Origin: Octopus bimaculoides
Lineage: Eukaryota
Assembly (NCBI RefSeq): GCF_001194135.2
Contig: NC_068981.1
Coordinates: 191,130,323 to 191,194,322 of the forward strand
Length of the DNA stretch: 64,000 bases
Direction of reading: 5' to 3'
The notes beneath the pieces are model-generated. The model ran no database searches and had not been told where the DNA came from. It worked only from the letters and a program-made list of their open reading frames with translations. The position numbers were made by a program, and so were the translations under genes. Position 1 is the stretch's first letter. The number at the start of each line of letters is the position of its first letter. Below are positions 49,839 to 63,344 of the stretch, piece by piece.

Positions 49839-51399
49839 GGTTTCTTTCAGCTTCTGTCCTACCAAATCCTTTCCCAAGGCTTTAGTTAGCCTAGGGTTAT
49901 ATAGAAGACATTAATAAGAAGACACCCTATGAATGAACCCTTGGCTACATGCAAGGGGAAGTAAGCTTCTTAACCACATTGCCATAAAGTCAGATATATA
50001 TTCAAATAGATTATAAAATATAAATTTTATAATCTATTTTCTGTGCTTCTTTCTTTTTTCTGACAGAATCTATTAATCAGAAGTTAGTTGCTCCTCATTA
50101 AAACTGAAGATCACAATCCACAAACATGGAAGAGAGAGCAAAAATCAATGGATGATTCTTTTTTTTTTTTTTTTTTTTTTTGAAAATGAAAGAATCGGTT
50201 TCTAATGAGAGTTGAAACAACTTGGTAACTTAATTTTCTACAAGGTTCAATGGAAACTAACAATATAATAACTGTTTGTAAATTACTAATAATAGATGTG
50301 GGGAAGGATAAATGTTGGTTATGGAGAAATACAGTGAGAATCCATTTGAAATATGCTTGCTTTCTCTCTGTATTTCTTATTCATAAACTGCTATATTTCT
50401 TTATGAAACAAATAAAAGAAATGATTTAATTCTTGTTTTATTTTTATATATGGCTTCAAACCACACAGACATGCACATAATCGTTTCTTTTTAAATATTT
50501 TAGTGTTTTATAAGATTTATCAAAATGGCCATTTTAATAACATTAGCTGCAGTGATATCTATTTAAATCATATTGTATATTTTGAAATTTTGTCACAGGC
50601 AAGATCTTTGAAGGTTTCTGAAGATAGAGATTTCTTGTTTCTCTAGAAATGCCACAGTTAAATATTAGTTTCATCTATAATGCAGCTTTTTCCTCTTCTC
50701 CTTCCTCCTCCTCCTCCTCCATTATTATTTGTTATATTTTTATTCTTATCATCACAAATAATTCAGTAACTCTAATATAAAACGAGACTATTATATGATT
50801 TTATTCTGTACCATATTTCCACACTTCTATCATCTCTGCCCATAGTACCTTACATTGCATCGCTACCTACTTTCCAGTATGTATTTTTATCATTTCATTT
50901 CGTAAATATTTGTGAACTCATTCTATTTTAAATACTTTTTGTTATTATTATTATTTCACACATGACTAGAACTAATCTATAAACTTGATTCTCTTTTTCA
51001 AATTGACAAGTTTTTCCATAAATTCCTTATTGTTCAGTTAAATATAACCAAAACTCATTCGTTTCCTTTTTGACATTTTCATAAGTCGAGCCATTCATTC
51101 AGCATCGCCAGTGCCGTGTTTCCAAATAAATAAAACTATTCATTTTTATATTTGCTACTTTTACAAGGAAACTCACTGAAGTTTGCAGCTATGTTTATTG
51201 AACAATGTATTCCATATTCCTTCAGTTCAATGTGATGGAATATTATTGCAGCTGACATATATAGATGTATATATATTATGTATTACTATATTGTAGAAGG
51301 AGAAAATTGTTTTCCTATTTTGTTTCCTTTATATTTTTGCTACATTTTATTTTATGCATACATTCTCTCTCTACTTATTTGTGCATCTGTATATACCTG

Positions 51400-51651
51400 T
51401 GTCTGTGTGTGTGAGTGAGTGTCTATATATATATATATATGCACACGCGCATATATGAGAGAATGCGTGTGCTTGTATATATATTTATATATATATATAT
51501 ATGTATGTATTTGTAAATGTGTATGCATGTACATAAGTATATATACATATATTTATGCATATATGCACACACACACACACACACATATATATGGGAGAAT
51601 GTGTGTGCTTGTAGATATATTTTTTTATATATATACGTTTATATTTGTATA

Positions 51652-51728
<77 letters not shown>

Positions 51729-51868
51729 TATGCATATATGCACACACACACACACACATATGGGAGAATGTGTGTGCTTGTATATATATTTGTATATATA
51801 TGTATGTATATACTTGTATATGTGTATATATACATATGTGTATGTATATATTTATGTACATATGTATG

Positions 51869-51917
<49 letters not shown>

Positions 51918-51920
51918 TGC
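51400..51920. repeat. Compound (TA)n/(CA)n/(TG)n microsatellite with three higher-order units
   Basis: Core ATG(G/A)GAGAATG(T/C)GTGTGCTTGTA at about 51455, 51590 and 51760. Confidence 0.85.
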
Positions 51921-52244
51921 AAACCATATTACATATGAAATATTAAAACTTTGTGATACCTGTCGATTCCTGTCTTATTTATGAAATATATCTTCTGTCA
52001 ATATTGGTGATGTGCTGCTCCAAATAGAGAAATGAGAATTTTATATTACATTTCTTATGCAAAGCCAAATAAGAAGGGATAAAGCCCAGTGCTTTTATAA
52101 TGCAGAGAGAAAAAATAATAATGATAATAGAAAAAATATTCTTTTTCCACCTTAGTTGCTTCAAATAATAATAATGATAGCGCCCCTTGCTGTCTCTAGT
52201 TGAGACTTGGGTGCAGCATGTATAAATTAAAGCAGAGATAAAAC

Positions 52245-52301
<57 letters not shown>

Positions 52302-52503
52302 TTTTAATCCAAAAGTAAGAAATTATTCTAATATTGGATATTCATTCGTAGCCCTCTTTGATCCAGTGAACACAGACATGTATTTACACACACACATATA
52401 TATATACTTATCTATTTATTGATGTTTTATTTCATTACCTTATATGTTTGTAGTAACTGAGAAATTAATCTCACCAGTCTATCACACTAACTTTTACCTG
52501 CAG

Positions 52504-52594
52504 GTAATATTGAACTCAACACTGCAGGACAATGAAGCACTCAACAAGGATTTTTTAAAACTCTGCTGTCTCTTCTCCCTTACTTACAATAATG
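52504..52594 (+). CDS. Candidate coding exon: VILNSTLQDNEALNKDFLKLCCLFSLTYNN
   Basis: Branch point plus acceptor cactaacttttacctgcag|; only the phase-0 frame is open; weaker donor G|gtttgt; ends in phase 1, compatible with 62277. Confidence 0.35.
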
Positions 52595-52854
52595 GTTTGT
52601 TCCTGCCTTACACTACCTATATTGGCTGCATGAACTAAGCTATTTGTAATTTAAATATATTGGTAGACCTACATACTTTTTTTCCACCCCTCCTATGCTT
52701 GACCCAAGGGGACATTGAAGATGTGATAGCAGGTGATTGAGATGGCTGCATCAGTACTCATTTGGTACTCGTTTCTAGTCTCCTCAACTGGAACAACAGG
52801 AAATGGAGTGTCTTGCTCAAGAACACAATACGCTACTTGATCCAGGAATTATGA

Positions 52855-53620
52855 TCTTGTGAAGAGGGAGACCCAGGAAGACATGGGATGAGGTAATAAA
52901 GCATGACCTTCAAACGTTGAGCCTCACACAGGCAATGACAAAAGATCGAGACCTCTGAAGATATGCCGTGATTGAGAAGACCCGGCAAGTAAAGTGAGAT
53001 CACAGCCGTAGCCTATACCAGTGTCGCATAACCAGCCCATTTAAAAAGTACTCATTGTGATATTTAAAAATAGTAATTTACATTTGAATTGTCAGGCAAC
53101 ACACCGTGTGTGAGGAGACCTATTGTGCCAAGTAAAATCAAAATCAAAATCAAATCACAATCAAAGGGAAATTATAGTTGTGGCCGATGCTAGTGCTGTC
53201 TGACTGGCTCCCGTGCTGGTGGCATGTAATAAGCACCATTCATGCATGGGTCGTTGCCAGTGCCGCCTGACTGGCTCACCATGCCGGTGGCACATAAAAA
53301 GCTCCATCCGAATGTGGTCGATGCCAGCCCCCCCCCTCACCGCCCCGACTGGCTCCTGTGCCGGTAGCACATAAAAAGCACCATCCAAACGTGACTGATG
53401 CCAGTGCTGCCTGATTGACTCCATGCCGGTGGCACGTAAAAAGTATCCCCTATACTCTCAGAGTGGTTGGCGTTGGAAGGAAAGTGGAAGGGCATCCAGC
53501 TGCAGAAACATTACCAGATCAGATTGGAGCCTGGTGAGGCCTCTTGCCTTGCCAGTCCCCAGTCAAACCGTCCAACCCATGCCAGCATGGAAAACAGACG
53601 TTAAACGATCATCATCATCA
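52855..53620 (+). mobile_element. RTE LINE 3' fragment: ORF2 end, 3' UTR with tandem CTGGCTCCCGTGCCGGTGGCACGTAAAAAGCACC-like units, and tail
   Basis: Encodes RGRPRKTWDEVIKHDLQTLSLTQAMTKDRDL*RYAVIEKTRQVK*. The UTR has 4-5 repeated units and ends CCAACCCATGCCAGCATGGAAAACAGACGTTAAACGAT(CAT)n. Confidence 0.85.
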
Positions 53621-55075
53621 TAAGCCCAACACCTAAACAGCTAAGTCATATGCCTTCACTGATTACACTGTAGTTGATGACTTAGTATTTTTGTGAAAGC
53701 ATTAGACAGATTACCTGGAAGTGTTTGTTCTGATTCTGTGCAAGTACCAATCCAGGTCAGTGGATTGGCAAAACCGTAAGGATTTGACAGTAGATGCTTT
53801 GTGGTATTTGTTTTGGATTGTTGCATTCTGGATTCAAATTCCACCGTGGCTAATACTTGGATGATACGAGTATCTTTAGCTGAATCCACTCTGTTACAAA
53901 CTTTTGAGTCTGGTTTCTGGCTTGAGGATACTGTCCTCCCTCCCACACACTAGTCTCAGAGACCTAGTTAAGAGCACTACCTTCTCTCCTAGAAAATTTG
54001 TCTTGTCAGTTGGCTGGTACTCCATTTACCTGGTTCGCTACACGCAATAGTTCTAAACATTGATTTCTAACAGAGGCAAAATCTTTTATTGATATACCTG
54101 TTAGTGTACCAATTAATATACTACTTTGACCAACACCAGTACACAAGTGGTGTATATATTTTATTGAATCAAGAAGTATGGAAAACAAATTCAACTTCTA
54201 CAGAATTTGAGCTCACAATGTAAACAGTACACAACTGAATACCTTATTGCATTTTATCCCTCACTCTACGGATTATCCCAGCTTTCCTTAGCATGGACAA
54301 TCTATTAGCTGTTTAAGATTCGCAATAAATGATATTAATCAAAAAATTATCCAACTGAGACTTGTTAATTTATGGATTCGTTTCCTCACTTCCCCATCAC
54401 TTAGTATTTATCTCATGCAAGTGCCATACATTTAAAAGCAAATGGAAATGCTTTTTTGAGCCTCAAAGGGCTGTTAAGGACCGGTGTGAAACTCAATTTT
54501 CATAACATGAAGCAGATGAAAGATGAGATGTTGTTATGCCTATTATTGATCCATTATATTTTTTGCAATATCTATGTATTGGATACAATATAGATTGAGG
54601 TTTCTGCTGTTGTTTGGGATCTCTCCGACCTTCTCAGTGTGTTGTTTGTCTTGTAATTTCATTTCATAATGGAAAAATCATGAAGTTGTTTTCTTTGAGT
54701 TCCATAAAAGTTTTTTTTATGTCCTTAGTGTTGTTTTGCAGTTCTCTTTATATTGGTTCCTTTGGTTACTTCTGTGTATTTTACGTGACAGATGATCGTG
54801 TTCATATTTGCTAATGAAATTGACTGTGAGGTCATGGATGTCTAGAAAATATAGATTCAAGCAAAAGTGTTATATGAAATAAATTATAAATTTATTATCA
54901 TAGTGTGGGAAAATATATTTTCTTCTTGATGAATTAAGTTCTGTGATAATCTAAATCAACAAAATGTTTAATGTTACAAATTAAAAAGTCTTGAGATTTC
55001 ATCATTACTAATAAATGGAAAATGCTGAAACATCATTAAATACAACTATGATGGCAGCATTGCACATATTTAGTA

Positions 55076-55133
<58 letters not shown>

Positions 55134-56377
55134 CATGGAGTGGAGCCCCTCAGGTGGTCTGGTACCCACTTTGACACTCTTCTGGCAATTCCAGCATAGG
55201 TGAAGCTCTCCAGGCCCCATAAGACAATTCACCTCAGAGAAGGCCACTCCAATGTAAAATGTGCAGTTTGCTGGTCACTGCAGCCACCTTAACCCACTGA
55301 CCCACTGTGGTCAGACCTCCAAGTCAGAAGAGTGGGATCTGGTTGGACATACTGACTCTCAGTTTAAAACCACTAAGCACAGGCTGGGAGTAAAATCCCT
55401 GCAGTGATGAAGAAGTGATAAAAATGACAGGCACCAGATGTTACTGGCATCACAGCCTCCTTAACACCACATCTAAGAATCTCTTTCTTTCTCATAATCT
55501 TTGGACACAATGCAATACCATCACACTAACATGCGTTTGCATTTCTGTTACCACATGCTTTTGATCTAAATGAAGCTGGGAAGTAAATTTATGCAATTTA
55601 TTGTAGAAAGTTCAGACAGTGGAAGTTGTGGCTTCGAAACAGTATCTGTCACTGTAATGGTGATACTAGTTAGCTGATAATGCTACATGTCACTACTGTT
55701 ACTACTACTACTACTACATCTAGTGACTAAATATGCCTGTTAATATCACATGGCACTAAATACTGATTGGTTGCTAGAATAGGAATGCCTACAGACTTAT
55801 TCAATAGTTGCAAATTAAATCTGGGTGCAAATTAATATCACTTGTCCACTTCAAATGTAGTCTTTTTTTTATCATTAGTTTCACTTTCAAATGTAAGAAA
55901 GGGAGAAAATGGCATCTGTGGCTTAACTTTTTGAGATTTTAGTATGTTGACCTATTTTTAAGATGGACAGATGTGATATGAGGGAGATTTAGTTGATATT
56001 TCTAGTAGGTTGAGCAACTACGAGGAGGTTTCTTTGTTGGCTTGTATGTCTTAGTTTTGCGAAACAAAAAAAAGTAAACGAATGGCAATAAATGTGCTGC
56101 TGGTTTTGTATGGTACAAATTGAAAAGCCTTTTGTTGCTACCAGCTTCATTATAATGATAATACAAGCATTATAATTAATGTTTAATCTCATGGCTAATT
56201 ATCTTTATATAGAAGTATCGTTTCTTTATTTTTGTCAATTATAACATTTTCTATATTTCCTGTATTGTGTAATACATATATTGATATATATATTATTGTG
56301 AAGATTTGCGCAAGTATTGTGTGTGTGTGTGTGTGTAGACTTAGATGGTTAGATAGATAGATGGATAGATAAATATA

Positions 56378-56414
<37 letters not shown>

Positions 56415-56526
56415 CAGGATAGTTACATTGAAAGATACATAGTAATGAGAGCAATCAAAGTTACCAACCCATATATAAAGGTTTATAACTAGCTTTGTTT
56501 AACTATGTCTATGCAGCAGTGAATGA

Positions 56527-57174
56527 GATCAATTAATATTGGTTTCAAATTTTGGCATAAGGCCTGCAATTGTGGGCAGTGAGGTGTGCAAGTCGATTAC
56601 ATTGACTCCAGTACTTCACTGGAACTTTCTTTATCAACCTCAAAATGATGAAAGCAAAGTCAACCCCAGCAGCATTTAAACTCAGAATGTAAAAATGGAA
56701 GAAACGTCACTAAGTGTTTTTTTCCAGCACAGTAACAATTCTGCCAGCTTGCTACCTTAAGATCAATTAATATTGATATGATCCTTTTAGCATGCCAGGC
56801 AAAATGCTTAGCGGTATTTCATCTGTCTTTACATTCTGAGTTCAAATTCCGCCGAGGTCAACTTTGCCTTTCATCCCTTCAGGGTCAATAAATTAAGTAC
56901 CAGTTGCATACTGGGGTCGATCTAATTGACTGGCTCTCTCCCTCAAAATTTCGGGCCTAATGCCTTGAGTAAAAACGAATATTGAGATGATCCTCAACTG
57001 TCTTTACGTTCTGAGTTCAAATTCCGCCAAGGTTGACTTTGCCTTTCATCCTTTCAGGATCGATAAATTAAGTACCAGTTGCATACTGGAGTCGATCTAA
57101 GCAACTGCCCACCCCCAGCTCCAAAAAAATTTCAGACCTTGTGCTTAGAGTAGAAAAGAATATTGATATGATCC
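56527..57174. mobile_element. Stack of three SINE family B insertions (one minus, two plus)
   Basis: 56543-56760(-) is flanked by AGATCAATTAATATTG twice. 56787-56985(+) and 56999-57165(+) are separated by AATATTGA(T/G)ATGATCC at 56769, 56978 and 57159. Confidence 0.85.
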
Positions 57175-58431
57175 ACTCGTGAAAGTATTGTCCAAGACAC
57201 TATGGAGTAAAGCAGGAGCTGCATTGCGTGTCAAAAGGCAAAAGTAAATTGCCATGCCAACTGACCATTCGACGCTTTTATTTTACCTGATGTAAAGCTC
57301 AAGCACATACACATTAAGGTGTTTCAATTAACCAGGATTGCCAAGACGATGTTTGTGTTTTCTCTTATTCATTCCTTTTATCTCCAAATATACTCTGAAA
57401 ATATTGCTTTCTAAGAAGAGCTGAAAAAAAGGGTTTGTTGGTGATGATAGGTTCTTAATTGATTCCATGTGGGGACCTTCATAGCTTGTTGTTGTTTAGC
57501 TCATGGGCAGGACTGATTAAGCAGGCCAATGGTCAATAGTATTCCAGCCATTATCATCTTATCTCTACTCTTTTTTTTTTTTTAACAAACATCTAAGATT
57601 GCATTACTTAATATGTTTTGCTTTTTAAGACAGTGAGATGTAATGAGGAAGATTTGGCTGCATGCAAATTCCTGTCAAATCATCTAACTTTTGCCAGTAT
57701 AAAAAGCAGGTATTAAACGATGATGATGACGACGACTGTGCAGGTAGTTTTTCTGCCTGCTTAGCTGTCCTGGATATGTTGGGAGTACATTTTCAGATGA
57801 GGTTAATTAGGGTTGCTCATAGAAGCAAACAGTTGTGGGATGGATTGCCTTACCAAAGAAGTGGCCAAACAGTCCTATAGAGACAGACTGTGATGGTAAA
57901 GGTTAGGTTTGGAGGTGAGAAAGAGGCTAACTGTGCTTGCAGAGTCATTAGGTAACAAAACTAACAGGTGCAGATAGTTCAGAGTAACTTCTGTGCAAGC
58001 AGTTTCAGTATATAGAAGTGAGGTAGCTAAGAGAACCTGTTGATAACAAGGACAATGGCTTCAGAGAGAGAGAGAGAGAGAGACAAGAGGAGGTGGATGT
58101 GTAGAGACACAGTATAAGAGGTAATTGAAGTATAAGAGATAGCAGGGATGACAAGGGTAGCTAAAACAACTGGTGGTGTTTATTACTAACATTCGTGAGA
58201 GAAATTAAATCATGAAGAATGTATATCTCACATAAACCAGTCATTTAAAAAGTGGCAATGAACTTTCTCTATGGAATTTATAAATGAAAACAATTAAGGA
58301 ATACTTCATTAGATTCATCAATTTCAGTCTATGGTCTAATAATTTATTGAATTACTGATAATAAAAAGTATGACTCAAAATAAGAACAGTTTGTCATAGG
58401 TGAGTGAGTAAAGTAGAAGAATTTCATGTGG

Positions 58432-58502
<71 letters not shown>

Positions 58503-59890
58503 TGTGTGTGTGTGTGTGTGTGTGTGTAGATAGATAGTATAGATGTGTATAGAGAGATTAAATAATTGCTGTTTTGAATAGCATTACAGTTAACTAATGC
58601 TTAGAACTCCTTAGAAATTCATGAATATCCAACTTCCAGTCAAGTATTTAAACAAAATTTGTTCTCCGATTATCTTTGATTCTATATATATTTGAATAAT
58701 TTAGAATATATCTGAGAGAAGAATAAAACAAAAGATTCAGTTAACCTCTTTATTATAACATCATCTGGCATTTCAAGGTGATTATGCAATCATCTCTGTA
58801 ACTATTATCACACAACAAACTTGTATATGCTAGTGAAACACATGTAAAGGTTATGTAATATATGATGCAACAATAAGGAGTTTAACTAAATCTTCCATCT
58901 TATCCTGCTCTCATATATAAGTAGTATAGTTTGCATGAAGCATTGTCTGATGTAGATAATTGTTTTTAATTTTCTTTAAAAAGCCAATTAAATGTGAGTT
59001 GATGGTTTGCACTTTTATCTTATGTTTCAATATTTTGAGTTTAGAACCTATTCTTCAGGAAGTCTTTAGAGATTTAATGCTGTGAACTCACCATTTTTTT
59101 GAAAATTGCTTGGAGAGGGTCTTTATTCCCATCCCCATGTCCAAAAATTGAAATACTAGACAAACTACAAGCCATGGAGTTATTTCTTATAACATGCATT
59201 GTTTTAGCTTTTCAAAAAAATTTAAAATATTAAACATTGCAGGTTCGCAGTTGCACCTGTGAGCACATTCTATTGCATCCAAAGGTCGATACACTCATAT
59301 GTACAAAATATAATAAAATTTATACAATATTCATATGCCTATTTGCAACATAGGTCGCGTTTCCATTATGACTTAAAACGGATAGCCTCGAACAGAAATT
59401 GTTCCATTTGAATGGAAATGTGGTTTTCACTATAAAACACATATTGCTAGGTTTGTACCGCCCCCTTGAGACCCAACTACACTCTAGCTGAAAAATATAG
59501 AATAGCGCATAAGTAATATAAATGTTCTAAATTCAGTGGTAGTGTTAATGAAGATGTTACATGTTAATTTAATGTGTTAAACTTATCTTTATTAATGTAT
59601 ATCGAATTATACATAGATATATACAAGATTTACACAGATATAAGTGTTAGAACTTGTGGTCTGCCCGAGAACCTTTTTCATTGGAAATGTTTGCCTACTG
59701 CACTAAAAAGTTTCCCCACCCCCTGGTCTAACCCATGCCAGCATGGAAAACAGACATTAAATGATGATGACAGTGATAATGATATATATATATATAATAT
59801 TTATATAATTAGTATACTGTTTTGTGAAGGTAGAATCAACAAAAAAAGTACTCCATCTGGTGAAAGATAAATATTGTTTAATAAACACAG

Positions 59891-59954
59891 TATATATTTT
59901 TATGAGCTACTAATATCATCACATGAAACTATTAGTAGCTCATAAAAATATATA
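59891..59954. repeat. Perfect 25-bp inverted repeat with 14-nt loop
   Basis: TATATATTTTTATGAGCTACTAATA / TATTAGTAGCTCATAAAAATATATA. Confidence 0.9.
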
Positions 59955-61344
59955 CCGTTTATTAAACAGTGTGTGTGTATGTGTGTGTATTAGTTTTACA
60001 AGGAGAGTGGTGACAGTCTGATGAAAACCAGCATGTTGAAACTTCATGGGCCCGTGTCACACTTCTTGTAATGGTAAAATAAATATGCACTCTACAAGAA
60101 ATATTGAGTAATTTTCCAGCGTGATGTAAAATTATTTTTATCACAACTCGACATAAAAACACAGAGAGCCTCTAGGACAGCACTACTCATTGCCTGCTTT
60201 CATAATGACATTTCAACACACCATGATATCAAGTTATCTTTTGACCAGATACTAGCAACAGAGTATATTCTCTTAAACTGTCCTTAGGACCAGAGTGTGG
60301 TATTAAGTCAATTCATAGATTAAGTCTGCTTCCTAAAATACCATTCTTTTTAAATGCAATGCCATAGTTTGTGGATGCACTGTTCTTGAGAGCTGTCTAA
60401 AGTGTAGAAAAGCATGGAAAGAATAAGCCATACAGGTAGGGGTGGGGGGTAAAAGAAAATATCAAACATTCTGAAATATGACATAAATTGTATACAAGTT
60501 TTTTTTTTTGCTTGTTTGTTTGTTTGTTTTTTATTTCCTACTGCATTATATAACTCTGTTTTAGGTTCTTGTATATTAAAACTTTGACACTTGATTCTGA
60601 AAATGACGTTTTTCATACAAGAAACAGCTGTTCACAGAAATGATCATTGACGATGACAAGAATAAAAGGAAAAATAACTATTTCTTAAAAGAAGAAGACA
60701 TGAAAATAAAAAATAAATTGTCTGAACATAAAGATGATGTTTGTTACTTTTATTCTGGTTCAGAAAAGGCAATCCTAAATATGTTCGGAGAACATTTTTT
60801 ATTGATATAAATGCTTTTATTGTGGCAGTTTTAAGCAATGCCAACTTGTCAAGTGCTGTGAATTTTCTTTGATAGAATGTGTCATGTATTCCAAACCAAA
60901 GCATTTCGAAGTTTTGCTGTTGATAACCCTCCTCCACCTTTTCATTTAACTCTTTTCATGTGGACAGCTATATAAATGTTGTGCTGGGTTGCCTATGTAC
61001 TAGAAACACTTGGCTTGTATAGTCTCTGATTGATAGGATTGCTGTTGTTTTTAGCCCATGGTAGGCCTTGATTGTGCAGGCCTATGATCAAAGGCTTTCC
61101 AACTATGACTAACTAATCTTGTAGTCAAGAACAGTGTATCTAAGGCTGCTTTATTCAATGTGTCCTTCTTTAACTTTTTTTATTATCTGACATAAGTCAT
61201 TCAAATAGCAAATAATGTTGAAACAGTAACTCTTCCTCTCTACAAAGTTATAATTTCCATAACAAGCAATGCATCTGCACATATACATAACAAGCAATCC
61301 ATATGGTGCATATGCATTGCTTATTATGGAAACTCAATGAATTC

Positions 61345-61770
61345 AACTCTTTAAACTTTATTGAAAATATTCAAGTGTGTTATGTTGTCCCTTTACAGTT
61401 ACTTTCCTGTTGTCTTTTCCATCAAATCATTGTCCTTGAGAGCTATCCTTTATTGGATCAAACTGGTGGAAGTCAGTGTCAGATCCAGGTTGTATGGCAG
61501 ATGGGATATCACTGACCACCTGGATATGTCAATTGCCTTATCTCTTGCCAAGACGTGTATATTGTGCATTATCATGGTAAATGCGGATCATTTGCAGACT
61601 CTTGTTCTTCTGCCTAATGTCTTCTCTAAGCCTTTTTCATGTCTCAGTATTTCGCTCACTTTTCATGATACAGACATGTTCCAGAAAATCAAAGAGAATG
61701 ACACCCTTGTCATCTCAAACAACTGTTGTCATAACCTTTTGTGCCAATTGCTGCCTCTTAAATTTTTTAC
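61345..61770 (-). mobile_element. Decayed mariner (Tc1/mariner) transposase fragment
   Basis: With stops and frameshifts, the minus strand gives KVMTTVV*DDKGVILFDFL, HDNA, WSVISHLPYNLDL and DFHQFDPIK. These correspond in order to the mariner motifs KVM...WD..GVI, HDNARPH, HPPYSPDLAP and SDFHLF. Confidence 0.82.
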
Positions 61771-62276
61771 ACTATTCCATGGACTGAGCCTTATACATAT
61801 ATAATCTTCTTCATCATTTAATGTCCATGTTGCATGCTAGCATGGCTTGCGTAGGTTGACAGGATCTGATGAGGACAAGGACTGCATCATATACATATGC
61901 TTGTGCACACACATGTACACACACACACAGACACACACACACACACACACACACACGTATATATATATATATATATAAGAACATGAACTGAGAGGGAGAT
62001 ATATTTTTATTAGAAATATTATCCTAGCTATTTGAAGCAGATATCTGGACAGAATTAATTTATCTATTATTCCTCTTCTATTATTGATCAGAAATATATT
62101 CATCATGAACAGATTTCCAATTTCCTATCTTTTCTTCTTTTTTCCCCACATTGGTTTCCATTCAGTCATTTCTAACATGTATAAAGACTATTGAATTGTT
62201 CCATTTGTTTGTTTGACAGAGGGGGAGAGTGGTTCTTCTCCCATAATATTGATTTTCTCTCTGTTTTATTCAACAG

Positions 62277-62339
62277 ATTTGTTTATGAGAACCATGGAGC
62301 ATTCTAGGACTAAAATCATTTTTCCTGGTCTTCTGACAG
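62277..62339 (+). CDS. Candidate coding exon of an unidentified plus-strand gene: (D)LFMRTMEHSRTKIIFPGLLT
   Basis: Strong acceptor ttttctctctgttttattcaacag|, donor ACAG|gtaaga, only one open frame, and ACCATGG Kozak context at 62294. No homology recognised. Confidence 0.5.
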
Positions 62340-62668
62340 GTAAGAAAATGGAAAAACCTTTTAAATTTTTATTGCTGTATCATTTATAGATTGCTAAAAT
62401 TATATAATTCCAGCCTTTTGTTTTGTTTTCATTGGTAAATTTAATTCAATTTGGTCAGGTAAAACTGATGAATGGGCAGCTAATAGTGACCATTACCAAT
62501 GGCTAATTTTATAATTATATTTTTAGTGATTGATTGTTCTAAATGGAATTTGGAACACTACAAAGTTTTTCCTTCAAATATCTTTTTTTTGCCATGCATT
62601 TTATGAAATACTTTGTTAATGCTTGGTATTTTTAACTGCTTTTTCTCATTTATTTATTACAATTATTA

Positions 62669-62715
<47 letters not shown>

Positions 62716-63274
62716 GGATTCTTTTATTTTTCATTGCAGACTTTATAAATATTTTCTTTAGTGTCTGTGTTAGTGTGTCTGTATGTCTGCCTGTGTACTA
62801 TGCTCATGTGTGTCTGTGCACTTAAAAAGAACACTCAAACTGACTGTCTGGCACTAAAAAAAAACAAAAAAAAAACGGGATACAGCACCAAAAAGGTAGC
62901 TTCCTTTTATAGAAATTCCATCTCGCTTCAATTTCATGATACTAAATTTAGCAGTTGTCCCCTACCTTTATCAACAGCAACATCATCATCATAATTTTTG
63001 CCTCCAATTCCCATGTTGACATGGATCCTTTCATTTTTCAACCCTTCACCCACTTCCTATTATTTTTTCATTATTTTTCATGGAAGAATTAATTCATTAA
63101 CAATTTTTTTAATCCACAGTTATGCACATATATGTATATATATGTATGTGTGTGTGTGTGTGTGTGTGTGCATGTGTGTGTGTGTGTATATAGTAGAATA
63201 TAAGGATAAAAATCACATTATTTTTATCAGGTAGTCAGCATGCTATAAAAATTTATAGGTAATTTATACATTAA

Positions 63275-63336
<62 letters not shown>

Positions 63337-63344
63337 ATATATAT

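Noticed and set aside
51352-51984. His/Thr, Cys/Val and Tyr/Ile-rich ORFs (also 15766-16105, 26639-26932, 28396-28614, 42271-42711)
   Set aside because: They are translations of (CA)n, (GT)n and (TA)n microsatellites.
53195-53445. Regularly spaced ~34-bp direct repeats resembling a CRISPR array
   Set aside because: The units are degenerate parts of the RTE 3' UTR seen elsewhere (3890-4060, 18400-18530), the spacers are homologous to each other, there are no cas genes, and the context is eukaryotic.
59240-59520. Mildly CpG-rich patch with a CCGCCCC box as a possible promoter
   Set aside because: Too short and non-specific; equally consistent with a young repeat fragment.
60022-60062. CTGATGA..GAAA hammerhead-like spacing
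   Set aside because: Stems I-III are only 2-3 bp, there is no palindromic stem III, and no Penelope context.
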